A stretch of 60,962 bases of DNA, the filler included, from Rhabdomonas costata (lineage: Eukaryota), in NCBI GenBank assembly GCA_019059605.1. It is 15 parts of 15 records of this genome, joined end to end, with 100 filler letters (N's around TTAATTAATTAA, not from the genome) between each part and the next. Parts side by side here need not be neighbours in the genome. Positions count along the whole stretch, not along the records: positions 37,022 to 40,930 come from JAHMHO010000450.1; positions 41,031 to 44,937 come from JAHMHO010000451.1; positions 45,038 to 48,949 come from JAHMHO010000452.1; positions 49,050 to 52,954 come from JAHMHO010000453.1; 11 more parts are not named here. One strand, written 5' to 3'. Position 1 is the stretch's first letter. Each line of letters starts with the position of its first letter. Positions 37,028 through 49,828 of this stretch are shown one piece after another. A program made the position numbers and the translations under genes. The notes under the pieces were generated by a model. The model had not been told where the DNA came from. It made no database searches and saw only the letters and a list, made by a program, of their open reading frames with translations.

Positions 37028-37621
37028 TGTTTGGGGAGAGACTTTATGACCTCACCGCCCGCTTGGCAGAAGCGCTGATGGCATGATGATGAGCAGCATA
37101 GGACACCTACGATGGGAACTCTTCCGCAAGGGGTTACACCCGCCATACAAACTCATGCATAGTGATCGCCCTTTTAGGAAGTTGGGCAGAGGAGTGGAAA
37201 GGTTTAATGGCCATATGTGTAACCCCTTGCGGAAGAGTTCCCATCGTAGGTGTCCTATGCTGCTCATCTTCAGGCAGGTGCGTCTGTCGGGATACACCCA
37301 AATGGAAGGTCTGTCTTTCCACTGTCTGTATTTCCACTGAGCGACCATGATAATGAGGCACATTGACCGATGGCCTACGATCGTCACATGATATGCTGCA
37401 TCCGGTTGTTTTGGCTCCTACTGGCCCTCCATTTTTCCTCCTGTTATCGCCTCAGGTTCTGGGCCCTCTGGTGCCGCAAGCGCAGCTTCTGCAGCAGATC
37501 GCTGAGCAGGGCAGCGCTGCTATCGTTGTCGGTGTGCATATGTGTGTATTACAGGTTGATTGTTTGGGGAGAGACTTTATGACCTCACCGCCCGCTTGGC
37601 AGAAGCGCTGATGGCATGATG
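37028..37621. repeat. 61-nt direct repeat plus 52-bp perfect inverted repeat at a contig start
   Basis: 37028-37088 is identical to 37561-37621. 37088-37139 is the exact reverse complement of 37217-37268. Confidence 0.93.
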
Positions 37622-39678
37622 CAGTTAGTCGATGACAGCATTGTATCAGCCCGATTCATCTGCACGTGACAAATCTCAAAGATTCGCCACGTTCCGTTCA
37701 GCCCTTTCTTTTGAGCATTTATCACAGCCCACTTTCCCAACTGCAAATGACTGGCAGGTAGGATTGCCCGTAGTCAAGCTGAAGCACCCTCTGTTATTTG
37801 AGAGAACAGCTCTTGCGGGTTAAAGTATCCACATTTCCTCTCCACTGGCAGGCAAAGCCATGTGCACACAGGCGCCTTGTGAAAAGGGCTCTGCATCGTA
37901 TGTTTCGTTTGACAGTTTTCCTCCATCACTTAGGGACAGCGGTTTACCGAGCTTAAACATTACACCCTGAAACCAGCAGCCGAATCAGCCCGTTCATCTG
38001 AAACATTGAAGGCGGTGGTTGTGGTTCAGTTCGGTTGTGTCAGTTTTCCTGGCTGCTGATAACGCTCCACCGCTTGATGCGTCCACTGCGAGCTCTTTGT
38101 TGCTTCCTTTTCGAGCATTTTGTTGGCTTATGGAATGTCCCCCTTGCTCGTGGAACAGGCAATCAACTTTTGCTGTCTCCCACCACAGATGCACGGGTTC
38201 GAGTACCGTCCTACCCCCCCCCCCCCCCGTCCTTCTTGCAAACCTCTAAATCCAGAGGAAGCCGTGCGAGATAGCGGGCCACATGACGCGCTGTTTTTGG
38301 TGGACGTGATAAGCAGCTCGCGGTGGGGAGGGCGTCCGGTGAGGCTCTTCCAGCTTGTCCCCGAGGCGATGACCAGCACCCCAGACTACGATGGTATATT
38401 TCTAAGCCTCCGGAGACTTTGCTTTCTGCCCTTGGAAACAAGCATAGTTTGGGGAATCCCTGATTCTGTGGTAGTTCCTTGCGACTCTCCCTACTGAACT
38501 GACTTTGGAGCTTTTGCTTCGCTTCCGGTTTTTCCTTCTTTCGCTTCTGCCGTTGGGCCGAAGCAAGGAGGTCATGCATTCCGCTTGTATCTGGGTAATG
38601 TCGAGCGCCGACCCCTCAATGTTGTGTGCTTATGTGCAGATGTCATCCCATTGCATCACTATCCCCGATGCTTTCTATCGCTTGCCATTTTCCATTCCCT
38701 TCCTTTGTATTGAGAGTTCACCACCGGTCCCTCATCCACACAAATGCGTGGCATGTGTTAATTCCGATGTGGGGTTTCTATGGTAATCTTTGACTGTTCA
38801 CTGCCCGTAGGAGAGTGGCTGTATGCCTTCTCGGGAAACAACGCGGTGAGCGAGGCAGTGGCGCTGCACCAGCTGTGGTCGCGATGCGTGCAGGCCTTCT
38901 ACGATGGTGCGTTATCCCTCTTCCTCCCGCTCTCCCCCACCTTTCGTCGTTTCTCCGCTCGACGTTCATGTTCCAAAACCCTGGGGAGCCAGTGAAGAAA
39001 ACTATCCATCGCATTATTGTGACCATATTTTTGCGTTTCGCCCGCTAGGCTTGCCTCTTCAAAGTTTTCCTGGAGCGGCTTTGCCCCTTTTTTCGAAAGG
39101 TTTCGCTTTTATGTTTTGGGGAGGACGCATAGGACTTGGTGACATCATCGATGTTTCTCATTTCTTTGCGATTAACGCGACGAAGCGCTGCACTCAGTCA
39201 AGTTTCTTCCCGAATCATAGTTACCTTTGTTATTCCCACCAAAAAAAAAGGGTACTCCTAAAACGAGGCAATCCAGAGCAATTGCTACGCGATGTGACGG
39301 AGTTTTTGTTGGGTTGCGGGTCTGCTACGCACCTTAACTCTCTCGAACTTCTCCTCCTCCACAGGTAGCTACTCTCAGGCCCAGCCTCTGCTGGAGCAAT
39401 ACCTCGCCAGTGCCTCCTCGGTGGCCACCGCTCAGGTTCGACCCGCTCGCAAGCTTCTGGAGGCGATCGGTGGGCTGTGGAGGGGCTCGGTATCCTCAGG
39501 GACTCGGCGGCAATCGGAGCTCATTCTCGAGGACGTCACGGAGGATTCGAGGAGCACTTGCAGCCCCTCGGGAGATGTGGGCAGGTGTAGCGGGGTGCAC
39601 CAAGGGAAGGGAAGGGAAGGGAAGAGCTCAGCATTAATGATTCAACACTACAGTGAACCAGGCCATCACTTTCGTTAA
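37456..39678 (+). CDS. C-terminal part of a degenerate class III nucleotidyl-cyclase-like protein
   Basis: Phase-1 exons 37456-37531, 38256-38393, 38811-38906 and 39365 to ~39678: VLGPLVPQAQLLQQIAEQGSAAIVV/EEAVRD...FLVDVI...PVRLFQL.../GEWLYAF...QAFYD/GSYSQAQPLLEQY. The motif order (VLGP, I[IV], D.V, [YF]QL, EW.Y) is the same as in the clearer cyclase at 57652-60134. Confidence 0.6.
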
Positions 39679-42600
39679 ACGTGCTTTCGCTCATTCGTTT
39701 TCGGGGTGGAGTGGGATGTGGAGGGTGGGCTTTTTCTCGATTGTTTGGCATTCCCTGTCCGCCGAGCCGGACGGATTTTTGGTGAGTGTCACGGTTAGCG
39801 GTGCTGTTCTCGTGCAGTACAGCGGTGCCTTGGGTGCCGGGTGGCAAACGCTCACAGCGGTGACGTTTTTTGTGGGGAGAAATGTTCTCGAGTTGGCATG
39901 AAAATGGGTGGGTTCTGGCGGAGTGTTATCACGTGCCGTTCTGAGGATGAGGCCCTGGCTCTGGCTTACCTGGATTTTAGTTTACCGGTTTACCGCTTCG
40001 TTGGTGGGAAATGGGCCATTTGGGCAAGGCCTTTTCATATCCGGATATGTGCGGGGGGTTCGGGTTATGTTTACATAGGGTGCGGTTCGTGAACCTCGTG
40101 GAGAGCAAGGTGAATTTGGAGCTGAGACCCGTTCCCTGCGATGGGCTTGCTGATGGGTGAGCTTCGTCTAGTTCTTCTTCTTTCCAAACGATGAGGACTG
40201 GGGCGGCGACAATGGCAATGATGATGGGGATCATTCTTATCACTGATTTAGATGATTATCATCATCATCATCATCGTCATCATTACAACCATCCTCCTCC
40301 TTCTTCATGTATTGCAAGTGGCCGGTCAGCTGAGCTGACCGCAGGGGAACGTTTTGCCGTTTTGAGCACACACACACACATTCCCTCTCTTTTACTCATT
40401 CTCTCCCATTATTGTAGTCATGAATGTCTCGCTGAACACAAGGTTGCACGTGATCTGCTCTTTCGCCTGTATAGGCTCTGTGATGCCCACCCAATCCTTT
40501 CCACTCGGCGGAAGGGTGGACGAGTAATGCACGCATTACCCCGTCACCTTTGCGATGTCCTTCACGCAACTGATGCACCGCTGTTCGTGCCTTCACTCCA
40601 CAACGCCGCACGCGATTGCCTCAGACCGTCCGGAACCGCGCTACCTTTCTGTGTTTCTGCACCTTCACCTTCCCACACCTGTATACCACCAGATTAATGT
40701 GGATGTATACTCCTTTGTACATCAGCACATACACACGTTCTCTGACACATAAAGGCGGGAAACAACGAGCGTAAACGTCACACCCGGCCACCAGACTCGG
40801 AGCGAGTATGCAGCTTACCAGCGAAGAAGGCAAGGGATCACCCGAGGATCCCATTCTATCACTCGTTCGAGATCAGCGAGCGCGCTAAACGCTCCACGCA
40901 CAGACAAACAGACACACTCCACCCCCCAACNNNNNNNNNNNNNNNNNNNNNNNNNNNNNNNNNNNNNNNNNNNNTTAATTAATTAANNNNNNNNNNNNNN
41001 NNNNNNNNNNNNNNNNNNNNNNNNNNNNNNTTGTGTGTTCAGTCGTTGTTTGTGTTTGTCACGCGCACTCGCTCTGTGATTTTCTGGCTGACATGTTTGG
41101 ATTTATTTTTGGCTTTGTTTTCGTGTCTCAGTAATTCTTTGTTTTCTCCTGACCTCTTCTTCGCGTTGAACCACAAACCATCTAAAAAGGCTGTGTGGTG
41201 TGCGGAGGACCCGGTGCTAAGCCAGCACTGCAAGGGATGCTCCGTCCCGGTGCACAGAAAAAAGCGCGGCTGCAGCGTGGTTATGGACACCGTGGCCAAG
41301 CAAGGTCTGCACTATGTGGCCTGCGCCGCCGCGCCCCACATTGCGAGCCATGGGGCCTCCTCTCCCACGTTAGTGTTTTGCCCGTTGCCAGGTTGAAGCA
41401 TGTTCTTTTTGAACTGTTCTCTTTCAATTGCATTTAGCAGCTCGCTGTGTTGGTACTGCTGTGGTGTGGTGTCTACTGTTGCGTCTCAAGTGCCGGTCAG
41501 TGCGGCACTGGATCTCATGGAGAAAATATCTCCTTCTTTTCAGCCCAGCTTACGTTGCAAATCGCAGTGGTCTCTTATTCTCATGAATATAAGTTTCTTT
41601 GTCAACCTTTGGTTCACCGCACTCTATCCTGCGGCGGGTGCCGGTGTCTGCCCCACGGCCAAGTCTGAGGGCGGACTGCAGCGTGGTACACCTCCACACC
41701 ACAGGTTGTAGGGGAGGGATAACGAGTATTGCGAAAACCCACCGGAGGTTTCTAATAATGCTTCCACGTGTAGTCTCCCACCGTTGGGGAGATACGTTGA
41801 CATGCGACTGCACTGGTTTAGTTTTCCAGTCCCAGGGTCAGCCGCAAGTATATGTCTCGTTGAGTTCGCTATCGAGGCATCTCAAACTGACACAAAGCTG
41901 GCGCTTTATTAAGCATTTTTATTGAGAAAAAAATTTTGTAGTAGCGTCTACCATTCCCAGACAGTTTTGTTCTGTTCCACTGCAGGTGCAGCACCCACGA
42001 CTTTGCAGCCTCTGGCTTTCGCTTTCCTTCTGCCATTTTTGTCACAGGGCATTCCCCCCGCATTAACCTGTGTCACCCTGCCTCCAGGCACATCACCTTC
42101 CGTGAGCAGTGTTGCCAATAACGGGCCTGATACTATCCCTGAGATCGCTTGGACGTCCGTTCCCCTCACAAGCTACGCGCCAGCATGAATCCAAGACATC
42201 GCCGAGACAGGGTCCTTTGCTAGCGTGGGTGTGGTGGAGGCCAACCCTGCTTCCAATCGGTTCTCTGGGAAAAGGCGACCTCCCGAAAATAGTTTTGAGG
42301 CTGGCTCTCCGAATCTTTAGCGCCGTATGCTGCGTTCAGTTGCGGTCTTCAAATAAAATCTGTTCTCGAACTCTGCCCCTCGCGGATTCGAGTTCTTCAA
42401 GCCCTGTACCTCCAGGAACTGCTCTTTAGCATTAGATGCTTTAACCCCAGCCCATACGGGAGCAGTTGGCGCTGCCAGTGCGGTGATGTCCCAGGAGGTG
42501 CCCAACACATTCAAAAAGTCATCAAAGCCAAACAATACACGCGGATCCGATGACCAAAGCTTTACTCGCGGAATCTCATGGGCCCAGCCTGAATTTACTC

Positions 42601-43273
42601 CGTGTGAGGTACCCTCGCCCATATTGACAATTCATCGCTATTGACAAAGGCAATGAAATGTTGGATTCCATTTTTGCTGTCAGAAAATGGTTTCAGAAAT
42701 GGGTAGGCAGAGGGGCTTGGTGCTTGTACTGAAAGAGATTAGTTTGCCCTGGTCTTGCGGAGGAAAGGAAGTCCTCAAAATAGAATGCAGGCACAAAAGA
42801 TGTAGACAAAGGGCACGTTGCGTGGCAAAGACTGGGGAATGTAAACGACGCAAACGGAAATCACACAAACATTGCCTGTACAGCGGTGCTTGGCAGAATA
42901 TCACGCACAGTACAAAGGTACAAAGCAGGATATTGCACACATAAACTGGAAAGACGGTGCACACTAACAGAGGCAAACACGTGGCTGTCAAACCGGATTT
43001 ACCATCAGGCGCAAGCGGAAAAACAAGGCAGGTGGCGTGTAAACGTAGTGGTCGCGTGGGATTCACAGAATTCAGTGCCACCAGCCATAAGGGATTGGCG
43101 TGTTTGTAGTGGCAGAACCATAACGGATGATTTTCTCCAGAAAACGTATTTCAGTCCATGTCGTCTGTGTTGAGATAAGCCTCTTTTTTGAGCTTCTATT
43201 GTACAAACATCTTTTCCATTAAGGGCTCCGTCTGACTCGCCTCAGTTGTTCGAACACCTTCGAATCAACCATA

Positions 43274-44680
43274 ATGGACCAGTGCTCTCACACAACCGCC
43301 GAGCTGATAACCATGCTTCAGAGGCAGTTGGCCTCTGAAGTCGCGGAGTCAGAACGCCAGAAGGATCACAATCGTCGTCAACTTGCCGAAGAGCGAGCTC
43401 AGCTCGAAGAGAGTCGTCAAAAGCTTCAGGATGAGGTTTTTCAGGAGCGAGCCCAGCTTGCGCGCCACCGCCAAAGGCTTGAAGAGGGGGTTGAAAAGGA
43501 GCTCACCGAGCTCCGCCACAGGCTGCGGGAAGAACTCGCCGATGAACGGGCACTGCTCTCGAGTCAGCGAGCGCAACTTGTTGAGATCCGGCAAAAGCTT
43601 CAGGAAGACGTATTACAAGAGAGAGCCCAGCTTGCGCGCCATCGCCAGGTGCTCCAAGAGGACGCCGAGAAAGAGCTTGCCGAGATGCGTCAGAATTTGC
43701 AGGACCAGTTCTCGGTGGAGCGAGCGCAGCTCTCTATTCAGCGGCAGAAGCTGGAGGAGACCGCTGCAGAAAAGAACGCGGAGCTCTTGAGAGATCGGCT
43801 TCGGCTAGAGGATAATAGAAAGGCGTTTTCGGACGAGTGCGCCAGGATGCAGGCGCTGACTCACCCAGGCGATATTGTGGAGATCAATGCTGGGGGAAAG
43901 GTCTTCACCACTGAGCGCAACACATTGACACGATACCCGGAGTCCTTGCTCGGGATTCTCTTCAGCGGACGCTGGGAAAGCTCCGTCGCAAAGGATAAGG
44001 AAGGCCGAGTTTTCCTGGACGTGAACCCCACACTGTTCGAGAATGCTTTTGAGATGCTTCGGAAGAAAGCAATTGGTCGTCGTGAAATCCCCTGCAGTGT
44101 CCCCACAATGACTCCTGAGGATAAGGCTGACTTTGAGGATTTAGCCATGTACTTGGGCGTGGCTGATGTCCTTCTCATGGAGCCCTTGGCCAGCTTCGAG
44201 TTCAACTTTCTCCGGGGTGTTGTTGCCACTCGGCAAGGCAAGGGAGTGAAGTCAACCGCTACGCATTCCAATTTCGACTCTTGCGCCGTCGGTGCCACTG
44301 TGCTTCCAGCAGTTTGCCAGTGGAATGTCAAGATTCACGCCCTGCGGAACAACTTCTGGGTACACCTGGGAGTGATCCATAACCGCAGCCCCGGTCGCGC
44401 GTGCAACAACGACCCCACCTGCTACGGGTTCGCGTGCCTGGACCAGACATACCAAGCTGGGGTGATCACTCCGAAGCCCGGTTGGTCGGGTTTTTGCGCA
44501 GGGGATGAAGTATCCTTCGAGCTAAACTCCATTGCGGGTACGCTGACCATGACCCATTGGGGCACCAACTTCCGGCTTACGGGCATGCCCACGTCTGCCT
44601 CGTGGAGGGTGTATGCCAGTCTATATGGAGAAGGTGACGAGATCGAAGTCATTCCTCTACGGACGTCCGAAGAGCTCTGA
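43274..44680 (+). CDS. Intronless coiled-coil + KCTD-type BTB/POZ + SPRY/B30.2-like protein, 468 aa
   Basis: BTB: DIVEINAGGKVFTTERNTLTRYPESLLGILFSGRWE...DKEGRVFLDVNPTLF. C-terminal beta-sandwich pattern: WNVKI...WVHLGVI...YGF...GDEVSFELNSIAGTL...WRVYASLYGEGDEIEV. N-terminal ERAQL repeats. Confidence 0.85.
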   Translation: MDQCSHTTAELITMLQRQLASEVAESERQKDHNRRQLAEERAQLEESRQKLQDEVFQERAQLARHRQRLEEGVEKELTELRHRLREELADERALLSSQRAQLVEIRQKLQEDVLQERAQLARHRQVLQEDAEKELAEMRQNLQDQFSVERAQLSIQRQKLEETAAEKNAELLRDRLRLEDNRKAFSDECARMQALTHPGDIVEINAGGKVFTTERNTLTRYPESLLGILFSGRWESSVAKDKEGRVFLDVNPTLFENAFEMLRKKAIGRREIPCSVPTMTPEDKADFEDLAMYLGVADVLLMEPLASFEFNFLRGVVATRQGKGVKSTATHSNFDSCAVGATVLPAVCQWNVKIHALRNNFWVHLGVIHNRSPGRACNNDPTCYGFACLDQTYQAGVITPKPGWSGFCAGDEVSFELNSIAGTLTMTHWGTNFRLTGMPTSASWRVYASLYGEGDEIEVIPLRTSEEL

Positions 44681-46188
44681 AAATGACATGTCACAAAGAG
44701 TTGCGTTTTAGGTTCATCGACTCGGTTGTAATCCGCCGCTTACTTTTGTTTCCGGCTTCCTTTTTTGTATCGAACATCCCTTGGAATTGCTTTGCCCTAC
44801 GGCGTAGCCGTTAGTGTTCTTTGTGAAAACTGCTCTGTTGCGGTGAAGGAAGAAATGCCTCGAGGAACGTGTTTGGGCAACGGATTTGATCTCATTTGTT
44901 GGATGTTCAACTGCGTGCCCTTTTTCACAACACACCCNNNNNNNNNNNNNNNNNNNNNNNNNNNNNNNNNNNNNNNNNNNNTTAATTAATTAANNNNNNN
45001 NNNNNNNNNNNNNNNNNNNNNNNNNNNNNNNNNNNNNCCCGGGTCGGCCTGGTTTCGTCATACAAGCAACCTTAACGACTAACGACATTTTGGTCGTTGT
45101 CATGGGTGTTGAAAATGAACCGAGTCCCCAAGAAATGCGTTGTGAGGTTATGAGCACAATTGGTGCTGGTCTGGAGAGATGCAGAAGAAGAGAGAATCGA
45201 AATGAGAACACGACCACGAGAAGCAACAAGAGAATGCTGAGTGCATGGTGGTCAGATGTGCGCAGCGCAGTCTGTTACTGGTACAATTCGCTTTAAACAA
45301 GCTCGCAGTGAATAAGGGAAGGGGACCGACGACCCATAGCGAGCTTTCAAAAAGCCGATTAAAAGAGCATCACAGTTCGTACAGTTCGTGTTGGAAATCT
45401 CCGAAAGAAGGGGGAGCAAAAGCGGGAGTCCTCATACCATCTGGGCCTCGATTTTCGAGTTGGTGCGCCCGAAAGTGACCAGCTGTGGGTGCAAGAACAC
45501 GAAAAAGAACAGTTCCTGTGGCAATACTTCCCGCGACTCATCCCAGATTTTAGGGTTTGTAGCGATCACATGGGCGCCTCGTTGAAAGCAGAGGTACAAT
45601 CAGACCATCCGAGAAGCAAAAAAATTATCGTAGGAACGAAGCAAGGTGGTGTGAATGTGAGTGAGCGGTTTGAAGTACACCAGAGGGGGTTCATAAGCAG
45701 CTCTCACTAACCCAGGGCATTGAGAGACAAGGAACCCATAAAAAACTTGACTTTCACCGAAACATAGGAAACTCGTTTGCCGTTCGCACCTCACCAAAGT
45801 ACTTCTGATGAACAGCGAGCACGCTGTAATCATTGAAGCCTTCATTGCAGTAATTATTTGGTCATTCTGTTTACAGTTTTCCCTATCCCCGTAAAGCCCG
45901 GCCTTGTAGGACACCTGAGGTTGAGAAGTTGATGCAGATGAGTGGCTTCCAGTGCTTTGGGCGTGTCTCAACAGCTTCTCCGTGGAATCTAACCCAGACG
46001 TGGCTTCTTTTCCCACGGGCATCGAGACAAGGCTCCGCTTTCCCAAAGGCCTGTGATGAGATGGCAGGGAAAATGTCCAAGCAGCGTGTCAACTGCACAA
46101 AATGGGGGCACCGTGTGCTCAGGACAGAGGACAGGGTCCAAAACAGAGACTGATTGCAAAGTTAACGAGGAGGGCACACGCACGTACT

Positions 46189-47959
46189 GGGTGGTCGTTG
46201 AAAATTTGAACGACAGTTTCTCGAAGCCTTGATCCCGTGCTCGTTTAGAAGCCTGGGGCTCCTCTGGGACTTCCTCCGCCACATCATCAGAGTCTTCACT
46301 GTCTGACCCACTCCTGGAAGAAGCACGGGAACTGCGTCCGTGAACCAGAGCAAGGGCTTAAAGCTCGCACTCTTGAAAGCTACAGCTGCGACTCCCCAAA
46401 TTCCCAAATTCGGAACTCGCTGAAGAAGGTCTCGAGCACGTCGTGGCAGGTCTCCCGAGTGGTATCAGCAGTTCCAACGTGACCCATTCTCTGCTGAAAA
46501 GCAAAACAAAACAAGCGAAACCTGTGCTGCTGTGGGGGAAGCTTGCTCACTCGGACGGTCTCCCAAGAGCCAAGAGCTCCAAGTCCAGATGATGAGTCAC
46601 CCTCGTCACGCGGACCTACGCAACAGCATGTGCTGCTGTGGATGGAACCGCAAGCAGCCAAAAGAACGAAAAAGGGCAAATAAGGCTGTCTTGCCGCAAA
46701 TACATTGCTTCCAAACGCATGAAAAAAACACGAACAGGTCTCTAATTCGCCGTCGTCTTCTTCTGAGTCTTCAGAAGGAAGTTCCGCGGGTTGTTGAGTA
46801 ACAGGTGTCTCTTTGGACATTCCCTTCAGCAGCTTTGCCTGCAACTGTGACGAAAACCGCGTCTTCCACAAAAAGGCCTTCAGACGCACCGCCCCACAAA
46901 ACGTCGAAAACGTGGACCTTTTCTGCATGAGCTTTCGACTGCGAGGGAAGGGGAGCCTGGCCAAGCTCAAGGACGGCCTTCTCCATTCCCTGGGCCGTGT
47001 AGTACTTCTGCCAAGCGTAATACCATTGAGCGTATTCAGGAGTACCATAAGCAGGAGTGGATGAGCTAATGTCCACAGTCGGGCACTGCTCCCTGTGACA
47101 AGGACAAGCCAAGATGCTGCCTGTTTTGTTCCACTGATGACCCCAGGCAAGTGGGAAGCAATATAACACTTTTTTTCGGTGGGAAATATGGAAATCTGGG
47201 GCTGTTGGGCTTTTTGCGGCGGACCAGGTGGAAAATTTCCAATGACAATCTGCCCTGATTCAACTTGAGATGGAATGGAAAATTTGCAGAAGGAGCAAAT
47301 CACGAATAAAACACTTACGGGGTGGGGGTAGGGGCAAAGGGACCCGGTCGCCTACAAAACATTCAGACGGTATCAAATGGCGTCAGAAGGCAAAAAAAAA
47401 CTACGATGGCCGCGGCTGGTGGCTGCGTCACCACGAAGGGCGACCACCCACACATGCTGATGACTAGACACGACAAACAGTGGACTGCCACGAGAAAATC
47501 ATACGCCGACAGATTTCGTCAGGTAGCACAGTCGGCAATTCCGGAAGGGCAGATGAAACCATGTAACACAACTGAAACCGGTTGCAGAGGCTGCAGAAAC
47601 GATGCAAAGGCTGCCACCGCCGACAGCATGCACTGCCTTCCAAAACTAGGTCCAAAAAATTTTTGCCTTTCGGAGTTGAGTCAGAAGCCTCCGCACTCTT
47701 TTCCTGGTACGCAACTTATTGCTAATAAGCGATTCGCAACCAACGCGTCAATGAAAGATACAGCTGAAATTCCTACTACCTTGTTACCCTCCTGGGTCGA
47801 AAAGGTAATAACAAACCTTCCAGCTTTCGCCTTCTTCTTTGGCGGGGAACTCTTGTCGTCATGAACTGACTGAGGGCCAGAAAAACTACAGCTCGACGAA
47901 GACGGATCTAATTTGCCGGAGCTAGCTTCGTCGTGTAGTCGGTAAGAAGCGAGAGCAGC
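46189..47959 (-). CDS. Multi-exon low-complexity hypothetical protein with basic and acidic tracts
   Basis: Exon-like blocks with GT-AG borders: AALASYRLHDE...SPPKKKAKAG (from 47959), SSTPAYGTPEYAQWYYAWQKYY...AEK (47065-46918), ELPSEDSEEDDGE, LGSWETVR and SDSEDSDDVAEE...KLSFKF. Confidence 0.5.
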
Positions 47960-49346
47960 CTGCGATTCACGCGAAGAAATGTCAACGCAAAGCATGGGGA
48001 ATGCGAAACTACTATTGAAAAAAGTTTCTTACCATGTGGACGTTTTCGCCCTCTTGTCCAACTGCCGGACAAACCACTGTGCACCTCTCCTCTTTCTTCG
48101 TCCTTCCGGTCGTTTTTGTGATTAACCCCACGCAGCACTGATCACACAGGCCCGCCTCCCCCCCTTCCATCATTTGTTACCCTTCTGATATCCGTGTTCC
48201 TCACCTTGTCTTCCGGGTTCAATTGTTGCCTTCTTTGCCCCCTTTGAAATCACACCACATCCACGGCGCGTGTTCTCCGTGTTTTTCTTTCTAGTTTCCC
48301 TCTATGATCATCAGTCAAGCGTATGCGCAGACGTCGCGAGCAGCAGCCGTTAGGCATCTTACTTGTCGGGTCCCCTCGGGGCTCTCCTCATTAGCGGAAT
48401 TCTTGCCTGTATACTTCCCATCGGTCTCTAGCGTTGGAGTGACATGAACATCATCACTATTAGCCCACCTTAGAAGCAGGTATTCCAACATCAGGCATGC
48501 TTACCACTGGAGGTTGCATGTCATGAGGGAGGGATGTCGAGGGGTACCCAGGCAGCGGATGTTTCTACTTCGACCTTCACTTCGACATGCCACATCTGCC
48601 AAGGTATTCCTTACAACCATCACTCAGTAGCCATCACCATGTCGCCAGGCCAACTTGCACTGGGCCCTCGCTCAGCGATGGATGCCAACACCACCACCCC
48701 TTCAACGATGCCATGACCACAGCGCCAACTCCACACACCTGGGTTTACGTAGTTTCTACACTCACAATATGAGCGTGAGGGTAACACGCAATCAAATTGG
48801 CAGCACCACCCACACCACACCGCAGGGCTTACAAGGTTGTTACACCTACGCCCAAGATGTGATGCTGGACGTACCGCTGTGCCTACACCCACTACAACGG
48901 CCTGCTACTCCACTAGCACCCAGGTACCCCCAAGCACTCGCTGAGCAACNNNNNNNNNNNNNNNNNNNNNNNNNNNNNNNNNNNNNNNNNNNNTTAATTA
49001 ATTAANNNNNNNNNNNNNNNNNNNNNNNNNNNNNNNNNNNNNNNNNNNNGGTTTGGGTTTATACCTGTGGACTTTCACGGTTTAGGGTTTACTGTGCATT
49101 GGAAGTTTACATTACGTTTTCTGGATATTCCGATTTTTTAGAACCCGATGGCAGGAGCTGTAGTTTTTTGCTTCTCATTTTGGCATGGCGCGGAATATGC
49201 CTTATCCAATAGTGACTGTAAATCCCACTCGTCCGCCAAAGCCCGCAGAGCGAGGTTTTGGGTATTTCCTTTGAAATGGCTCTTTTATTTCTGCCTGCCC
49301 TCGCCACCACACATACAATTTTACCCACGGTTTTGGCTCTTTGCAG

Positions 49347-49828
49347 GATTGCTTCTGAACGAGCTGCGGTACTCCCCAGATGCCACCCTGCAGCCCATGC
49401 TGCACATCCTGAACAGCGTCCAGCCCCTCACCCGGAGCTCTGTGTACTCTGCTAACGCCAGCTACGTGCTGTACATGGCCAGCCTGGCCGTGGACCTGGA
49501 GACCTACGTGCAGTACCTGCTCCAGCCCGAGCAGCAGCACCTGTCCCCTCACCTACATCCCAACTTCACCCTCCCCGCAGCGGTAGTGGCCTCCTTGAGC
49601 GCCTACAAGACCCAGCTCTCCGCTTACCTTCACACCGTGATCGCGCCGGCACTGGACGTATGGCACGCGGAGGCCAACCAGGCCAACGACATGCCCACGG
49701 CCTCCGTGGTGCTGGGGTACCGCGCGCTGTGCTGGGCCAACGTGACGGCAGGGGAGCTGACCCCCTCCGCACTGACTTCGCTGATGGGTAGCCTGGCGTT
49801 CGTGCGGGCCCGGCACGGCTTTGGCCTG
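49347..49828 (+). CDS. Large helical exon resembling a segment of giant protist DUF3638/DUF3645-associated proteins
   Basis: 482-nt GC-rich exon (tttgcag| ... |gtagg): GLLLNELRYSPDATLQPML...SSVYSANASYVLYMASLAVDLETYVQY...FVRARHGFGL. The family call rests only on my recall of the GLL.NEL..SP motif. Confidence 0.5.

Noticed and set aside
37028-37268. Direct plus inverted repeats suggesting a structured RNA or transposon end
   Set aside because: They are perfect copies abutting each other at a contig start next to a primer-like G/T run. Template switching during amplification explains them best.
38150-38212. tRNA-like GGTTCGAGTACC T-loop
   Set aside because: I could not build an acceptor stem or D-arm, so no tRNA is supported.
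48480-48949. C/A-rich stretch resembling a decayed non-LTR retroelement
   Set aside because: No reverse-transcriptase or endonuclease motif is recognisable, and composition alone is not enough.
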